Assembly (NCBI GenBank): GCA_017528085.1
Contig: JAFXPH010000002.1
Coordinates: forward strand, 343,898-407,897
Reading direction: 5' to 3'
Source: Clostridia bacterium
Lineage (GTDB): Bacteria > Bacillota > Clostridia > TANB77 > CAG-508
DNA length: 64,000 nucleotides
Under the pieces are notes generated by a model. That model saw only the letters and a program-made list of their open reading frames with translations. It ran no database searches and was not told the DNA's origin. Both the position numbers and the translations under genes were made by a program. The number at the start of each line of letters is the position of its first letter. Position 1 is the stretch's first letter. Below are positions 10,347-20,860 of this stretch, piece by piece.

Positions 10347-10368
10347 ACAATTTTAACATTTTGAGCTA

Positions 10369-10398
10369 TTGTAACAAATAGTTCACTATTTGTTACAA
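10369..10398. promoter_or_regulatory. perfect 13-bp inverted repeat (TTGTAACAAATAG ttca CTATTTGTTACAA) in a divergent intergenic region
   Basis: Seen directly. There is no flanking T-run on either strand, so it is probably not a terminator and is more likely an operator. Confidence 0.35.
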
Positions 10399-10437
10399 AA
10401 AAGATATATATTTTTGCGATTTTAAACACTTTTTTTA

Positions 10438-10466
10438 TTGAAATTGTTTTTTTTTATTATTATAAT
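10438..10466 (+). promoter_or_regulatory. sigma-A-type promoter for the acidic-protein gene
   Basis: TTGAAA, a 17-nt spacer, then TATAAT. The RBS GAGGAG sits ahead of the ATG at 10511. Confidence 0.45.
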
Positions 10467-10510
10467 GTAGTCATATAAGATAGATAAGTTTATGTTTTGA
10501 GGAGATAAAA

Positions 10511-11479
10511 ATGGATATTACTAAAGATATTACATTTACAACGAATTTATTCGAAGGTGAAAAAGCTACCCTAATCTATAAAGGATATTTATTTAAAGCA
10601 AACTCAACGGATGTATCAATAGTTTATGGATACGGAAAAGATTGGGAAAATACAAAAACAGTTCCTATGGAAAGAACTTTAATGGGATTCATAGTAGAAC
10701 TAGAAATTGAAGGTTCAGGAGAATTAAACTTCTGCTTTAAGAATTCATATAATGAATGGGATAATAACTTTTATCAAAACTTTACAGCTAAAATCCTTCC
10801 TCCAATTGTTGTTCCAGAAGAAGAAGCAAGCTTATCATCTATCAATGAAAAACCAGACATATTAAATCAAATATTAAATGAGTATTCTGAAAAGATTGCT
10901 GCACTACCTGATTTTGATATGAATGAATATGTAGACAAAATTATCGAAGATATTATCGAAGAAGCATCTGATAATACTGAAGAAGTTGATATGGTTCCAG
11001 ATGCTGTTGAAGAATCACCAGAAATATCTGATATAGTTAATGCAGAATTAGCTGAAGAATCATCAGAAGAGCGTGAGTTTTTAGATGACACAGATTCAAT
11101 TACTGCTACTATCCAAGCAATAGAAGAACAATTAGATTCAATATATAATAGTGCTCTAATGGAGATTGAATCAAATCAAGAAGTTAGAGATGAAGAAGAA
11201 GCTACTATGGCTGATCTTGAAGCACTATATCAAAAAGCAATTGAAGTTGATGAGAATGAAGTTGAAGAAAACTTAATCGAATCAGAAACAGCTTATTCTC
11301 CAGTAGCTGAAGAACAAAGTTTAATCGCTGCTGATGATAAATTTGTAGTTTCTGCTAGAAGCTTAACTCCATTCTATAAATTCTTCAAAAGAGTAAAACT
11401 TGCATTTATAAAAGCACTAAGAGTTATACCTTCAATATTAGGTGCAGATGTTGATTATAATCATGATGATAATAAATAA
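10511..11479 (+). CDS. hypothetical protein: N-terminal globular (beta-rich) domain of about 100 aa plus a long acidic low-complexity region
   Basis: Only plus-strand gene in this stretch, with a good RBS. About 200 aa are D/E-rich. The amphipathic C-terminus reads FYKFFKRVKLAFIKALRV. Confidence 0.5.
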   Translation: MDITKDITFTTNLFEGEKATLIYKGYLFKANSTDVSIVYGYGKDWENTKTVPMERTLMGFIVELEIEGSGELNFCFKNSYNEWDNNFYQNFTAKILPPIVVPEEEASLSSINEKPDILNQILNEYSEKIAALPDFDMNEYVDKIIEDIIEEASDNTEEVDMVPDAVEESPEISDIVNAELAEESSEEREFLDDTDSITATIQAIEEQLDSIYNSALMEIESNQEVRDEEEATMADLEALYQKAIEVDENEVEENLIESETAYSPVAEEQSLIAADDKFVVSARSLTPFYKFFKRVKLAFIKALRVIPSILGADVDYNHDDNK

Positions 11480-11530
11480 TAAAAATAAACTCCTATAAGC
11501 AATGCTTATAGGAGTATTTTTTTGTCCTTT

Positions 11531-13201
11531 TTAGAAAAGACCTACTATTTCATTATTTTCATCTAAATCGATACTGTTTGCTGCAGGCACTTTAGGAAGA
11601 CCTGGCATAGTAACTACCTTTCCTGTTTTTGCTACAACAAACTCTGCTCCATTTTTAAGTTCTAAATCTGATACATGAAGAGTAAATGGTTCATCACATA
11701 ATAGATTTTTAGGATCATCTGAAAGTGAATATTGAGTTTTAGCAATACATACTTGATAATCTTTAATATCATATTTCTCAAATAGTTTTAGTTTCTCTTC
11801 TGCAACTTCTGAAAATTCAACATCTTTTGCCCCATAAATCTTAGTTGCAACTTTTTCTATCTTAGTTCTTAATGAATCACTATTTTCATAACATGGAGTT
11901 GCTTTATATTCTTTCTTTGTTTCACAAGCTTTGGCAACTTTTTCAGCAAGTTCAGTGCATCCTTTTCCACCTTGTCCCCAAGGATCACAAATTGCTACCT
12001 CTACTCCATCTTCTTTAAGTTTTTCTTCTAAGAACTTTAATTCTTTTTCTGTATCAGTTGCATATTTATTAATTGCAACTATTGGATACATATTGAATTC
12101 ATTTTTTAAGTTACTTACGTGTTTAATTAAGTTATGATATCCTTTTTCTAGATATTCTATATTTTCTTCTTTACATTCACTAATTGGAGCTCCACCATGA
12201 TATTTAAGAGCTTTTAAAGTTGCAACACATACTGCAACTTTAGCATCTAATTTTGCTTTATTACATTTAACATCAACAAATTTTTCAGCCCCTAAATCAG
12301 CACCAAATCCAGCTTCAGTTATTGTATAATCTGCAAGTTTAAGTGCAAGTCTTGTTGCTCTTATTGAATTGCATCCATGTGCAATATTTGCAAATGGTCC
12401 ACCATGAACAATTGCCATAGTTTCTCCAAGTGTTTGAACTATGTTTGGACTTAATGCATCACGAAGAAGTACTGCCATAGATCCTTCTGCATGAATGTCT
12501 TTTGCATAAACTAAGTTATCATCTTCATCTATACCTATTACTATTTTACCTAATCTTCTCTTTAGATCTTTCATATCTTCTGCCAAACAAAAGATAGCCA
12601 TTATCTCAGATGCAACTGAAATATCAAAGTGATCTACTCTAGGAACCATTCTCTTTTCACCAGATTGGTTAATAGTTACAGTTCTTAATGATCTATCATT
12701 TAAGTCTAAACATCTTTTATGTGTTACTTCTTTTATTCTTAATTCATTTCCATTAAATATATGATTATCAATTAAAGCTGATAGTAAATTGTTTGCAGCT
12801 GTAATTGCATGAATGTCACCTGTAAAATGAAGGTTAATGTCTTCCATAGGAAGTACTTGTGAATATCCTCCACCTGCTGCTCCACCTTTAATACCAAATA
12901 CTGGTCCAAGTGATGGTTCACGAAGAGCAAGTATTGCTTTCTTATTAATTAAGTTTAATCCATCTGCAAGGCCAATAGAAACAGTAGTCTTTCCTTCTCC
13001 AAGTGGTGTTGGGTTAATTGATGTAACTAATACTAAGTTACCATCTTTTCTTGATTCTACTTTAGAAATAAAATCTTCTTCTATTTTTGCTTTATACTTT
13101 CCATAAAAAACTAAATCTTCTTCATCTAAACCATATTTAGATGCTATGTCTTTAATTCTTTTTAATTTATATTCTTTTGCTATTTCAATATCGCTTTTCA
13201 T
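11531..13201 (-). CDS. fhs: formate--tetrahydrofolate ligase
   Basis: PTPLGEGKTT nucleotide-binding motif and a full-length 556-aa FTHFS architecture. Confidence 0.95.
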   Translation of the reverse strand: MKSDIEIAKEYKLKRIKDIASKYGLDEEDLVFYGKYKAKIEEDFISKVESRKDGNLVLVTSINPTPLGEGKTTVSIGLADGLNLINKKAILALREPSLGPVFGIKGGAAGGGYSQVLPMEDINLHFTGDIHAITAANNLLSALIDNHIFNGNELRIKEVTHKRCLDLNDRSLRTVTINQSGEKRMVPRVDHFDISVASEIMAIFCLAEDMKDLKRRLGKIVIGIDEDDNLVYAKDIHAEGSMAVLLRDALSPNIVQTLGETMAIVHGGPFANIAHGCNSIRATRLALKLADYTITEAGFGADLGAEKFVDVKCNKAKLDAKVAVCVATLKALKYHGGAPISECKEENIEYLEKGYHNLIKHVSNLKNEFNMYPIVAINKYATDTEKELKFLEEKLKEDGVEVAICDPWGQGGKGCTELAEKVAKACETKKEYKATPCYENSDSLRTKIEKVATKIYGAKDVEFSEVAEEKLKLFEKYDIKDYQVCIAKTQYSLSDDPKNLLCDEPFTLHVSDLELKNGAEFVVAKTGKVVTMPGLPKVPAANSIDLDENNEIVGLF

Positions 13202-13223
13202 TTATATCACATCCAATCCTATA

Positions 13224-13454
13224 TTAATTTAAATCTTCAAAAGTTTCTTCTTTTATATCTTCTCCATCATTAAGTAAAATAGTTATTCTTCTTTCAGCAT
13301 CTTGAAGTTTCTTATTACATTCTTTTGAGATTTTCATACCATCTTCAAATAGCTTAACAGAATCATCTAATGATAGTTTTTCTTTTTCTAACTTATTTGT
13401 GATGTCTTCTAAATTTTCAATTAATTCTTCAAAATTCTTTTCACTCTTTGCCAT
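13224..13454 (-). CDS. xseB: exodeoxyribonuclease VII small subunit
   Basis: 76-aa coiled-coil protein of the XseB family, located next to xseA. Confidence 0.9.
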   Translation of the reverse strand: MAKSEKNFEELIENLEDITNKLEKEKLSLDDSVKLFEDGMKISKECNKKLQDAERRITILLNDGEDIKEETFEDLN

Positions 13455-13465
13455 TTTCTTATCTC

Positions 13466-13927
13466 CTATAACATTTCAGTAATTGTTTCTGTTTCTAAAT
13501 TTACTTTATAAAATGCCTTAACACTTTGAGAATCTTTATCTTTTACAGATACAACATATTCTCCTGTACTTAATATAGAATCACACATAACTACAATATT
13601 ATCAGCATTACTATATAAATTCTTTACAAGTTTAATTGCCTCTGTTGTTTTATCTTGAGCGTATACGTTATCGGAATCTTCCCCACCAATATCTTCAACT
13701 ATTTTGTTTTCTGGTGCTATTTGAATATCCTCTACCTTATTTTCTACTACTGGTGTTTCTACTACGTTAGAAACAGTTTTAGTAATATTTTCCACTATTT
13801 CATTCTCAGCATTACCTAAGTTTAAGTTCATTTTTATTGCCATGTATAAAAATGCTACTACACATATTATTGCTAAAACTGGAATAATTTTTAATAATTT
13901 TCTTAAACTAAATCCTTTTTCTTCCAT
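13466..13927 (-). CDS. hypothetical membrane-anchored protein lying between xseA and xseB
   Basis: RBS AGGAGG and an N-terminal TM helix. No recognisable motifs. Confidence 0.5.
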   Translation of the reverse strand: MEEKGFSLRKLLKIIPVLAIICVVAFLYMAIKMNLNLGNAENEIVENITKTVSNVVETPVVENKVEDIQIAPENKIVEDIGGEDSDNVYAQDKTTEAIKLVKNLYSNADNIVVMCDSILSTGEYVVSVKDKDSQSVKAFYKVNLETETITEML

Positions 13928-13939
13928 TAACTATACCTC

Positions 13940-15127
13940 CTATAAAACTTTTGCTTTCTTTGAACCGTCATTAAATCTTATATCAACTTCCATGTCTTTC
14001 TTTAAGTCCTTCGAAGATGATATAACTTTTCCCTCATACTCTGTGATTGTGTATCCTCTAATTAATGTCTTAAGTGGGCTTAGAGTATCAAGTTTAGTTA
14101 TTAAATTCGAACTTTCTCTCTTTGCCTCATTTAATATATTCATAATACTTGTCGATAATTCCTTAACACAATTATCAATAGTAATATATCTTTCATTTAA
14201 ATTTTTAAGTGGGTCTTTATATACATATGAGTTCATACACTTCTCATATTGCATTCTCATAAGTTCTATTTTTCTTTTTAAAGCAAGCTTTAATCTATCT
14301 TCATAATTATCTATTGTTGCTTGAAGACTCATTACATCTGGAACTGCAAGTTCTGCAGCTGCAGATGGAGTTGGTGCCCTTAAATCTGCTACGAAATCTG
14401 AAATAGAAAAATCAGTTTCGTGACCTACAGCGGATATAATTGGTATTTCCGAATCATAAATTGCTCTTGCAACAATTTCTTCATTAAATGCCCATAGGTC
14501 TTCTAATGATCCTCCTCCACGGCCAATAATTAGAACATCGGCTAGTTTTTTCTCATTCATGAGTTTTATTCCATCAACAATTGTTTGAGCTGCGCCATCA
14601 CCTTGAACAGCAACCGGTAATAATCTAATGTGTACATTTGGATTTCTTCTTGAAGATACATTTATAATATCTCTAATTACTGATCCAGTACTTGCTGTTA
14701 ATACACCAATTGTTTTTGGGAACATTGGAATTTCTTTTTTATGAGAAACATCAAACAAACCTTCTTCTTCAAGTTTTGCTTTTAGTTTTTCATAAGCTTC
14801 ATATAATGAACCTGTGCCATCTTCTTTCATGGCATCTACATATATTTGATATTCACCATTTTTTTCATAAACTCCAACTGAACCTAGTACACATACCTTT
14901 AGTCCATCTTTTGGGACAAAATTTAAAGTAGCTGTACGTGATTTGAACATAATGCACTTTACTAAAGATTCTTCATCTTTTAATGTAAAATACATATGCC
15001 CAGTGTAATGGTGTTTGAAATTTGAAATTTCTCCACTAACAAATACACTCTTTAAATAATCATCTTCGGCTACTTTCTCTTTTATATACATATTAAGTTG
15101 AGTTACTGAAATTGGGCTAATCTTCAT
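13940..15127 (-). CDS. xseA: exodeoxyribonuclease VII large subunit
   Basis: N-terminal OB fold plus the catalytic domain. Overlaps nusB in the usual way. Confidence 0.9.
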   Translation of the reverse strand: MKISPISVTQLNMYIKEKVAEDDYLKSVFVSGEISNFKHHYTGHMYFTLKDEESLVKCIMFKSRTATLNFVPKDGLKVCVLGSVGVYEKNGEYQIYVDAMKEDGTGSLYEAYEKLKAKLEEEGLFDVSHKKEIPMFPKTIGVLTASTGSVIRDIINVSSRRNPNVHIRLLPVAVQGDGAAQTIVDGIKLMNEKKLADVLIIGRGGGSLEDLWAFNEEIVARAIYDSEIPIISAVGHETDFSISDFVADLRAPTPSAAAELAVPDVMSLQATIDNYEDRLKLALKRKIELMRMQYEKCMNSYVYKDPLKNLNERYITIDNCVKELSTSIMNILNEAKRESSNLITKLDTLSPLKTLIRGYTITEYEGKVISSSKDLKKDMEVDIRFNDGSKKAKVL

Positions 15128-15548
15128 TCTTATCTCCAGGAGCTAAATTTTTTTCTTTAACAACACTTGCTAAAATACCATTAATAAAAACAGGTGCTGA
15201 ATCATCTGCATATTTCTTTGCAAGTTCAACAACTTCATTGATAGCAACTTTGTATGGTAATTTTTCATATACCATTTCATAGATTGCAAGTTTAATTAGA
15301 CTAATATTGATTTTAGAAATTCTATTTAAACTCCAATTCTTCTTTAAGTTGTTTTCAATCAAGTGATTGATTTCTTCTTCATGTTCTTTAAGTCCTGATA
15401 TGATATTTTTTAAGTATTCTACTGTTTCTTTATTAGTAATAGAATTGTTCTCTAAGAATAATTCTACTTGTTCATCTTGATCATCTTTTTGCATCTCGAT
15501 ATCATATATTAATTTGAAAGCTAATTCTCTCATAAGAGATCTTTGCAT
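15117..15548 (-). CDS. nusB: transcription antitermination factor NusB
   Basis: NusB-family length and motifs. Positioned upstream of xseA as in many Firmicutes. Confidence 0.9.
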   Translation of the reverse strand: MQRSLMRELAFKLIYDIEMQKDDQDEQVELFLENNSITNKETVEYLKNIISGLKEHEEEINHLIENNLKKNWSLNRISKINISLIKLAIYEMVYEKLPYKVAINEVVELAKKYADDSAPVFINGILASVVKEKNLAPGDKNED

Positions 15549-15560
15549 TTGATTTTCCTC

Positions 15561-15761
15561 CTAAAACTGGTCAATAAATGATTTTATTTTTTCTTTAACA
15601 TCTTCTTTATTCTTTTGCATATAGTTTCCAATAAATATACCAGCTACTATTACAGCTACTCTTATAAGTGAGTTAAGTAATTCTGTATAAATAATGATAA
15701 CTCCTACTAAACAGCCAATAATTGCACCCTTATATTTATCCCAAAATTCTTGTAAATCCAT
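15561..15761 (-). CDS. small membrane protein (DUF2273-like, Asp23-operon associated)
   Basis: 66 aa with two TM helices, immediately downstream of AmaP and Asp23. Confidence 0.55.
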   Translation of the reverse strand: MDLQEFWDKYKGAIIGCLVGVIIIYTELLNSLIRVAVIVAGIFIGNYMQKNKEDVKEKIKSFIDQF

Positions 15762-15791
15762 AATTCTTTCACTCCTTAAAAGATTATGTTT

Positions 15792-16448
15792 TTATTCTTT
15801 CTCTTCTACCTCTACTTCTTCGTCTTCTTCATTTTCTTCAGGTGATTCTTCATCAACTACTTCTGGAAGATTAGTTTCTTGAGGAGTTTCTACTTTTCTG
15901 CTTCCTTTTAATTTCTTTGAAGTAATATTTTTAACTTTAATATTTACTTCTTTAACATCTAGATCAGCTGTACTTTTTAGTACTTCTTTAATTCTATTTT
16001 GTAATTCTACAGATACATCTTTTAGCATTACATCTCTATTTACAACAGTTGTAACATAAACTATTAAGTCTTTATTTTTATCAACTATTGTTCTAGAACT
16101 TGTTGATTCTGTTCCTGGAATTTCTTTAGCTACACTTGAAATAATGTTATCTAAACTCTCTTTAGAAATAACAAGTTTTCCATTTGAGTTTTCTAAAACA
16201 ACATCTTCTTTCTTAGCTCCTTGTGGTTTACTTGTGAAGCATACTGCTTTTAAAACAAATAGTAAAACTACTACTGAAGCAATTAATGTTACTTTTGCTG
16301 TTTGTGTATCTGTATCAGCAAGTCTAACAATCCATTTTGTTACTTCATTTGGTTCTAAAACTCCAGTTGTGATTAAAATTACTATAATAGTTGCAATTCC
16401 AATTAATAAAGCAAAAATTTGTAATAAAAACCTATCTAATCTTTTCAT
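15792..16448 (-). CDS. alkaline shock response membrane anchor protein AmaP-like
   Basis: N-terminal TM helix, an Asp23-partner architecture and an acidic C-terminal tail. Confidence 0.6.
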   Translation of the reverse strand: MKRLDRFLLQIFALLIGIATIIVILITTGVLEPNEVTKWIVRLADTDTQTAKVTLIASVVVLLFVLKAVCFTSKPQGAKKEDVVLENSNGKLVISKESLDNIISSVAKEIPGTESTSSRTIVDKNKDLIVYVTTVVNRDVMLKDVSVELQNRIKEVLKSTADLDVKEVNIKVKNITSKKLKGSRKVETPQETNLPEVVDEESPEENEEDEEVEVEEKE

Positions 16449-16466
16449 TTTATTTCCTCCTAAACA

Positions 16467-16979
16467 CTATTCTTCATTAGTATTTTCTTCTTCATTTTCT
16501 TCGGCGTCTTTTGCTTCATCTAATTCAGGCTTACTATTTTTGTCATATGAAGCATGAACTCCTGATACATTGACATTTACTTCAAGTACCTTAAGTCCTG
16601 TCATATCTTCTACAATCTTCTTTACAGAGTTTTGAATTTCAAACGCAACATCTGGAATTCTTGCTCCGTAATTTACAATTATATTAATATCTATTTTAGT
16701 ATTTTTTTCTCCAACATCTACTTTAATACCCTTAGTAGAACTTTTACTAAAGATACCACCAGCCATTGCATATACTCCTTGAACATTTGATATTGCAATG
16801 CTAGCATATGTTGCTATTGTATCGTTGGATATTTTAATTGAATCTGCACTAGTTTCTAGTTCTTCATCTGAAATATCAATTTCTTCAATTTCATCAGTTG
16901 TTACCATACCAGTAGATTCTTCAGTCTCTTCTACTGATTCTTCTTCAACTTCCTTTTTTTCTTCTTCATTTATTAGCAT
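16467..16979 (-). CDS. Asp23/Gls24-family envelope stress protein
   Basis: Core region GVYAMAGG...KVDVGE..IDINIIVNYG..IPDVAFEIQ matches the Asp23 family. Confidence 0.85.
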   Translation of the reverse strand: MLINEEEKKEVEEESVEETEESTGMVTTDEIEEIDISDEELETSADSIKISNDTIATYASIAISNVQGVYAMAGGIFSKSSTKGIKVDVGEKNTKIDINIIVNYGARIPDVAFEIQNSVKKIVEDMTGLKVLEVNVNVSGVHASYDKNSKPELDEAKDAEENEEENTNEE

Positions 16980-17041
16980 ATGATTTCCTCCATATAAATC
17001 ATATTTAGTATATCAATATTAATACTATTTCTGCAAGAAAA

Positions 17042-17983
17042 TTACTTAAATGCCTCACCTACATCAATTCTATTTCCTCTTAGGAAATCACCTACATTCA
17101 TCTTCTTTGCATTCTCTGCTTGAATTTCTAAAATAGAAATTAATTTATTATCACATGTTGCAACCATTAATCCTTCTTTAGGATTAGATACTACGATAGT
17201 TCCTGGTTTTTCAGTTGTATTATTTTCTACTATAGAAACTTTCCAAATTTTATATTTTTTAACACCAATAAAAGAATATGTTCCCATAAATGGATTTAAT
17301 CCTCTTACTAGGTTTTTAATTTCTAAAGCAGTTTTATTTTCCCAGTCAATCTTTGACATTTCTTTCTCTAGCATTGGTGCATATGTTGCATCATTATCAT
17401 TTTGTTTTTCTCTTGGAGCATTTCCCTCTTCAACAAGTTTTACTGTTTTAACTAATAATCTAGCACCAACTTCAGAAAGCCTTTCCCAAAGTTCACCTGT
17501 TGTTTCATCTTCGCCAATTTCAACTTCTTCTTTTAATATCATATCACCTGTATCCATACCAGGGTCCATATACATAGTTGTTATACCTGTTACTTTATCT
17601 CCATTTAGAACTGACCATTGAATTGGTGCAGCACCTCTATATTTTGGAAGAAGTGATCCATGTACATTTATGCATCCTAGTTTTGGAATTTCTAAAAATG
17701 ATTTAGGTAAAATCTTTCCATATGCTACAACACATACTAAATCTATATCTAAACTTCTTACTAGGTCTTTAAATTCATCATTTTTAGAAATCTTTTCAGG
17801 TTGATATACTGTAATTCCTTTTTCTAAAGCATATTCTTTAACTGGAGAATATACAAATTTCATTCCACGTCCAGATTGTCTATCTGGGTTAGTTACAGCA
17901 CCTACTATATTAAATCCTGCCTCATATAAACTTGCTAATGACTTAGCAGCTATATCAGGTGTTCCCATAAATAAAATTCTCAA
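17042..17983 (-). CDS. fmt: methionyl-tRNA formyltransferase
   Basis: MRILFMGTPDIA N-terminus, the HGSLLPKYRGAAPIQW motif and a def-fmt arrangement. Confidence 0.9.
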   Translation of the reverse strand: MRILFMGTPDIAAKSLASLYEAGFNIVGAVTNPDRQSGRGMKFVYSPVKEYALEKGITVYQPEKISKNDEFKDLVRSLDIDLVCVVAYGKILPKSFLEIPKLGCINVHGSLLPKYRGAAPIQWSVLNGDKVTGITTMYMDPGMDTGDMILKEEVEIGEDETTGELWERLSEVGARLLVKTVKLVEEGNAPREKQNDNDATYAPMLEKEMSKIDWENKTALEIKNLVRGLNPFMGTYSFIGVKKYKIWKVSIVENNTTEKPGTIVVSNPKEGLMVATCDNKLISILEIQAENAKKMNVGDFLRGNRIDVGEAFK

Positions 17984-17995
17984 AATTACTTACCT

Positions 17996-18511
17996 CTATT
18001 TTTTTGTTTCTTCTACTATTTCATCATCTTTATGATCTTCTGGATTATAGTATTCTAATGTTCCTTCTAACACTTTAGTAGTAAATACTATTCCATTTAA
18101 ATGATCAATTTCATGACATAGTGCTTGAGCAAGCAAATCTTTTGCTTTAATAGTTACTTTCTTTCCATCTAAATCTAAAGCCTCAACTGTTACTTCTTTT
18201 GGCCTTTCAACTTTACCATATAGATTTGGAAAACTTAAGCAACCTTCTTCAACACATTGCTCACCTTTTGTTTTTTTGATAACTGGATTAACTAACATAA
18301 ATTGAGTATTGTCTTCATCATAAAGGTCTATTACTATAACCCTTTTTAATACTCCAACTTGTGGAGCAGCTAAGCCAACACCATTATATTTATGCATAGT
18401 TTCCATCATATCATATGCAAGTTCTTTTATTTTATCATCAATTTTCTCAACCTCTCTGGCTCTTTTTGATAATATTTCATCGCCATCATATCTTAAGTTT
18501 CGAATTGCCAT
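17996..18511 (-). CDS. def: peptide deformylase
   Basis: GVGLAAPQVG, EGCLSFP and HEIDHLNG motifs. Confidence 0.95.
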   Translation of the reverse strand: MAIRNLRYDGDEILSKRAREVEKIDDKIKELAYDMMETMHKYNGVGLAAPQVGVLKRVIVIDLYDEDNTQFMLVNPVIKKTKGEQCVEEGCLSFPNLYGKVERPKEVTVEALDLDGKKVTIKAKDLLAQALCHEIDHLNGIVFTTKVLEGTLEYYNPEDHKDDEIVEETKK

Positions 18512-18520
18512 CTAATCCTC

Positions 18521-20755
18521 CTAAACCATATTATTTGGGTTACTATCCACTATAATACTTACATCTTTATTCTTATAATCTAGTACATTTGCTGCAAAAT
18601 TAATTTTATCTATTAATGAATTTGTAAGTTTTGCTTTTATTATAATACGCCATCTATACTTATTTTGAATTCTTTCAATTGGTGATGGAACCGGATTATA
18701 AAGTAGCTCTTTATCAGATACAATTTTTTCTAATTTTGAGTAAACACTGTTTGCAACTTTTTTTACATCTGATAAATTCTTGCCCAAAAATCTGATTACT
18801 ATTATATCGCAAAATGGCGGATAATTCAACATTTTTCTAAGGTTGATTTCTTGATTATAGAACAAATCATAGTCTTGTTTTTGACTATCAATTATTGCAT
18901 AATGATCAGGATTATAAGTTTGAATTATAACATCACCATGTTCTGTTCTACCAGATCTTCCTGATACTTGAACTAAAGTCTGGAATCCTCTTTCAACTGC
19001 TTTATAGTCATCTTGATATAAGTTTCCATCAGCTGCTATTACTCCAACTAAAGTTACATCTGGGAAGTGATGTCCTTTTACAACCATTTGTGTTCCAATT
19101 AAGACATCTATCTTTTCATCTCTAAATGAATTTAATATTTCTTCATAAGAGTTCTTCTTTCCTACTGTATCAATATCCATTCTAATTGTTGTAATACCTG
19201 GAAATAGTTCTTTAACTTCATCTTCTAGTTTTTGAGTACCTGTTCCAAAATATTTAACTTTATTAGAGCCGCAATTTGGGCAAATACTAATTGCACTTTG
19301 TTCATATCCACAATAGTGGCATTTTAAAGTGTTACCATATCTATGATATGTAAGTGGAATATCGCAGTTTTTGCATTTAGCAACATAACCACACTCTCTA
19401 CACATTATAAATGTAGAGTATCCTCTTCTATTTAAAAATAGTATTGTTTGTTTTTTATTCTTTAAGTTTTTCTTCATTGCTTCTTGAAGCTCAAGACTTA
19501 TCATAGATTTATTTCCATGAGAAAGTTCATATCTTAAATCTACTATTTTTACTTCAGGTAATTTTGCATTAGTTGCTCTTTTAGTTAAAGTAAATAACTT
19601 AATATCACCATTTTTAGCTTTATAAAAACTCGTTATATCTGGAGTTGCAGATCCTAAAACTAATGGTACATTATTTTGTTTAGCAATATAGTATGCTAAA
19701 TCTTTTGCATTATATCTTGGAGTATTTTCTGATTTATATGATGCATCATGTTCTTCATCAATAATTATTATTCCAAGATTAGAAACTGGTGCAAATATTG
19801 CAGATCTTGCGCCAATTACTATTTTGGCTTTTCCATCTTTTATTTTATTCCACTCATCAAATCTTTCACCTGAAGAAAGTTTACTATGAAGTACTGCTAT
19901 CTCTTCTCCAAATCTTGATAAGAATCTATCTACCATTTGTGGTGTTAAACTTATTTCTGGTACTAAAACTATTGCAGTCTTACCTTTATTTAGTACTTCT
20001 TCAATAAGCTGAAGATAAATTTCTGTTTTACCAGAACCTGTTATACCATAAATTAGATTTGTCTCATGTCTTCCTTCATCAATTTGAGATTTTATACATT
20101 CAAAGCAAACTATTTGCTCTTCATTTAATTTTTTCTTTTTATCTCTACTATATGCTTTATGAAGAAATGGATTTCTTTCCATTTCATTTTCTTTAATTGC
20201 AATATAACCATTTTTAGCAATAGTCTTAAATACAGCTTTGCTAACTCCAGTAAATACTTCTAAGTCAGATATGTAGATACCTTCTTCTATATTGTTATCT
20301 ATAAAGTATCTTAAAACTGTTTTATGCTTATCACTTTTAATAAGTCCTGCTTCAATATCAGCTTCTACCACATCTTTATCTTTATTTAAGAATACAAAGT
20401 TACCAACTTTTGCTTTTTCTCTATTTGATAATTCTTTGCTTGTAGTTCCTGGTGGAAGCATTAATTTAATGCATTCTGATATGTTGCAAAAGTATTTTCT
20501 TGCCATAAGTTTAGCTAAGTTCACATTAAACTCAGAAAGTGAGTCTTTCTCTATTCCTGCTATTTCTTTACATTCAAATTCAGATTTATCTTTTAGATTA
20601 ATTACAAATCCATCATCTAATTTCTTACCATTACCGAAAGGAACAAATACTCTAGATCCAATTTTGATTTTTGTTTCTAATTCTTTTGGTACTTTGTAAT
20701 CAAATATTCTATTTAATGCTCTAGCATTATTATTAATAATTACTTCAGCAATCAT
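18521..20755 (-). CDS. priA: primosomal protein N' (replication restart helicase)
   Basis: DEAH helicase motifs, Cys-rich zinc fingers and a length of 744 aa. Confidence 0.9.
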   Translation of the reverse strand: MIAEVIINNNARALNRIFDYKVPKELETKIKIGSRVFVPFGNGKKLDDGFVINLKDKSEFECKEIAGIEKDSLSEFNVNLAKLMARKYFCNISECIKLMLPPGTTSKELSNREKAKVGNFVFLNKDKDVVEADIEAGLIKSDKHKTVLRYFIDNNIEEGIYISDLEVFTGVSKAVFKTIAKNGYIAIKENEMERNPFLHKAYSRDKKKKLNEEQIVCFECIKSQIDEGRHETNLIYGITGSGKTEIYLQLIEEVLNKGKTAIVLVPEISLTPQMVDRFLSRFGEEIAVLHSKLSSGERFDEWNKIKDGKAKIVIGARSAIFAPVSNLGIIIIDEEHDASYKSENTPRYNAKDLAYYIAKQNNVPLVLGSATPDITSFYKAKNGDIKLFTLTKRATNAKLPEVKIVDLRYELSHGNKSMISLELQEAMKKNLKNKKQTILFLNRRGYSTFIMCRECGYVAKCKNCDIPLTYHRYGNTLKCHYCGYEQSAISICPNCGSNKVKYFGTGTQKLEDEVKELFPGITTIRMDIDTVGKKNSYEEILNSFRDEKIDVLIGTQMVVKGHHFPDVTLVGVIAADGNLYQDDYKAVERGFQTLVQVSGRSGRTEHGDVIIQTYNPDHYAIIDSQKQDYDLFYNQEINLRKMLNYPPFCDIIVIRFLGKNLSDVKKVANSVYSKLEKIVSDKELLYNPVPSPIERIQNKYRWRIIIKAKLTNSLIDKINFAANVLDYKNKDVSIIVDSNPNNMV

Positions 20756-20860
20756 TTTTAAGTATCTACTCCTTCCTTTAAAATTCGCTTTAAGTATATC
20801 ATAAACTTAAAAAGAATGGTATAAAATCACACCATTCTTTTGTTATAAACTCTATTAAAT

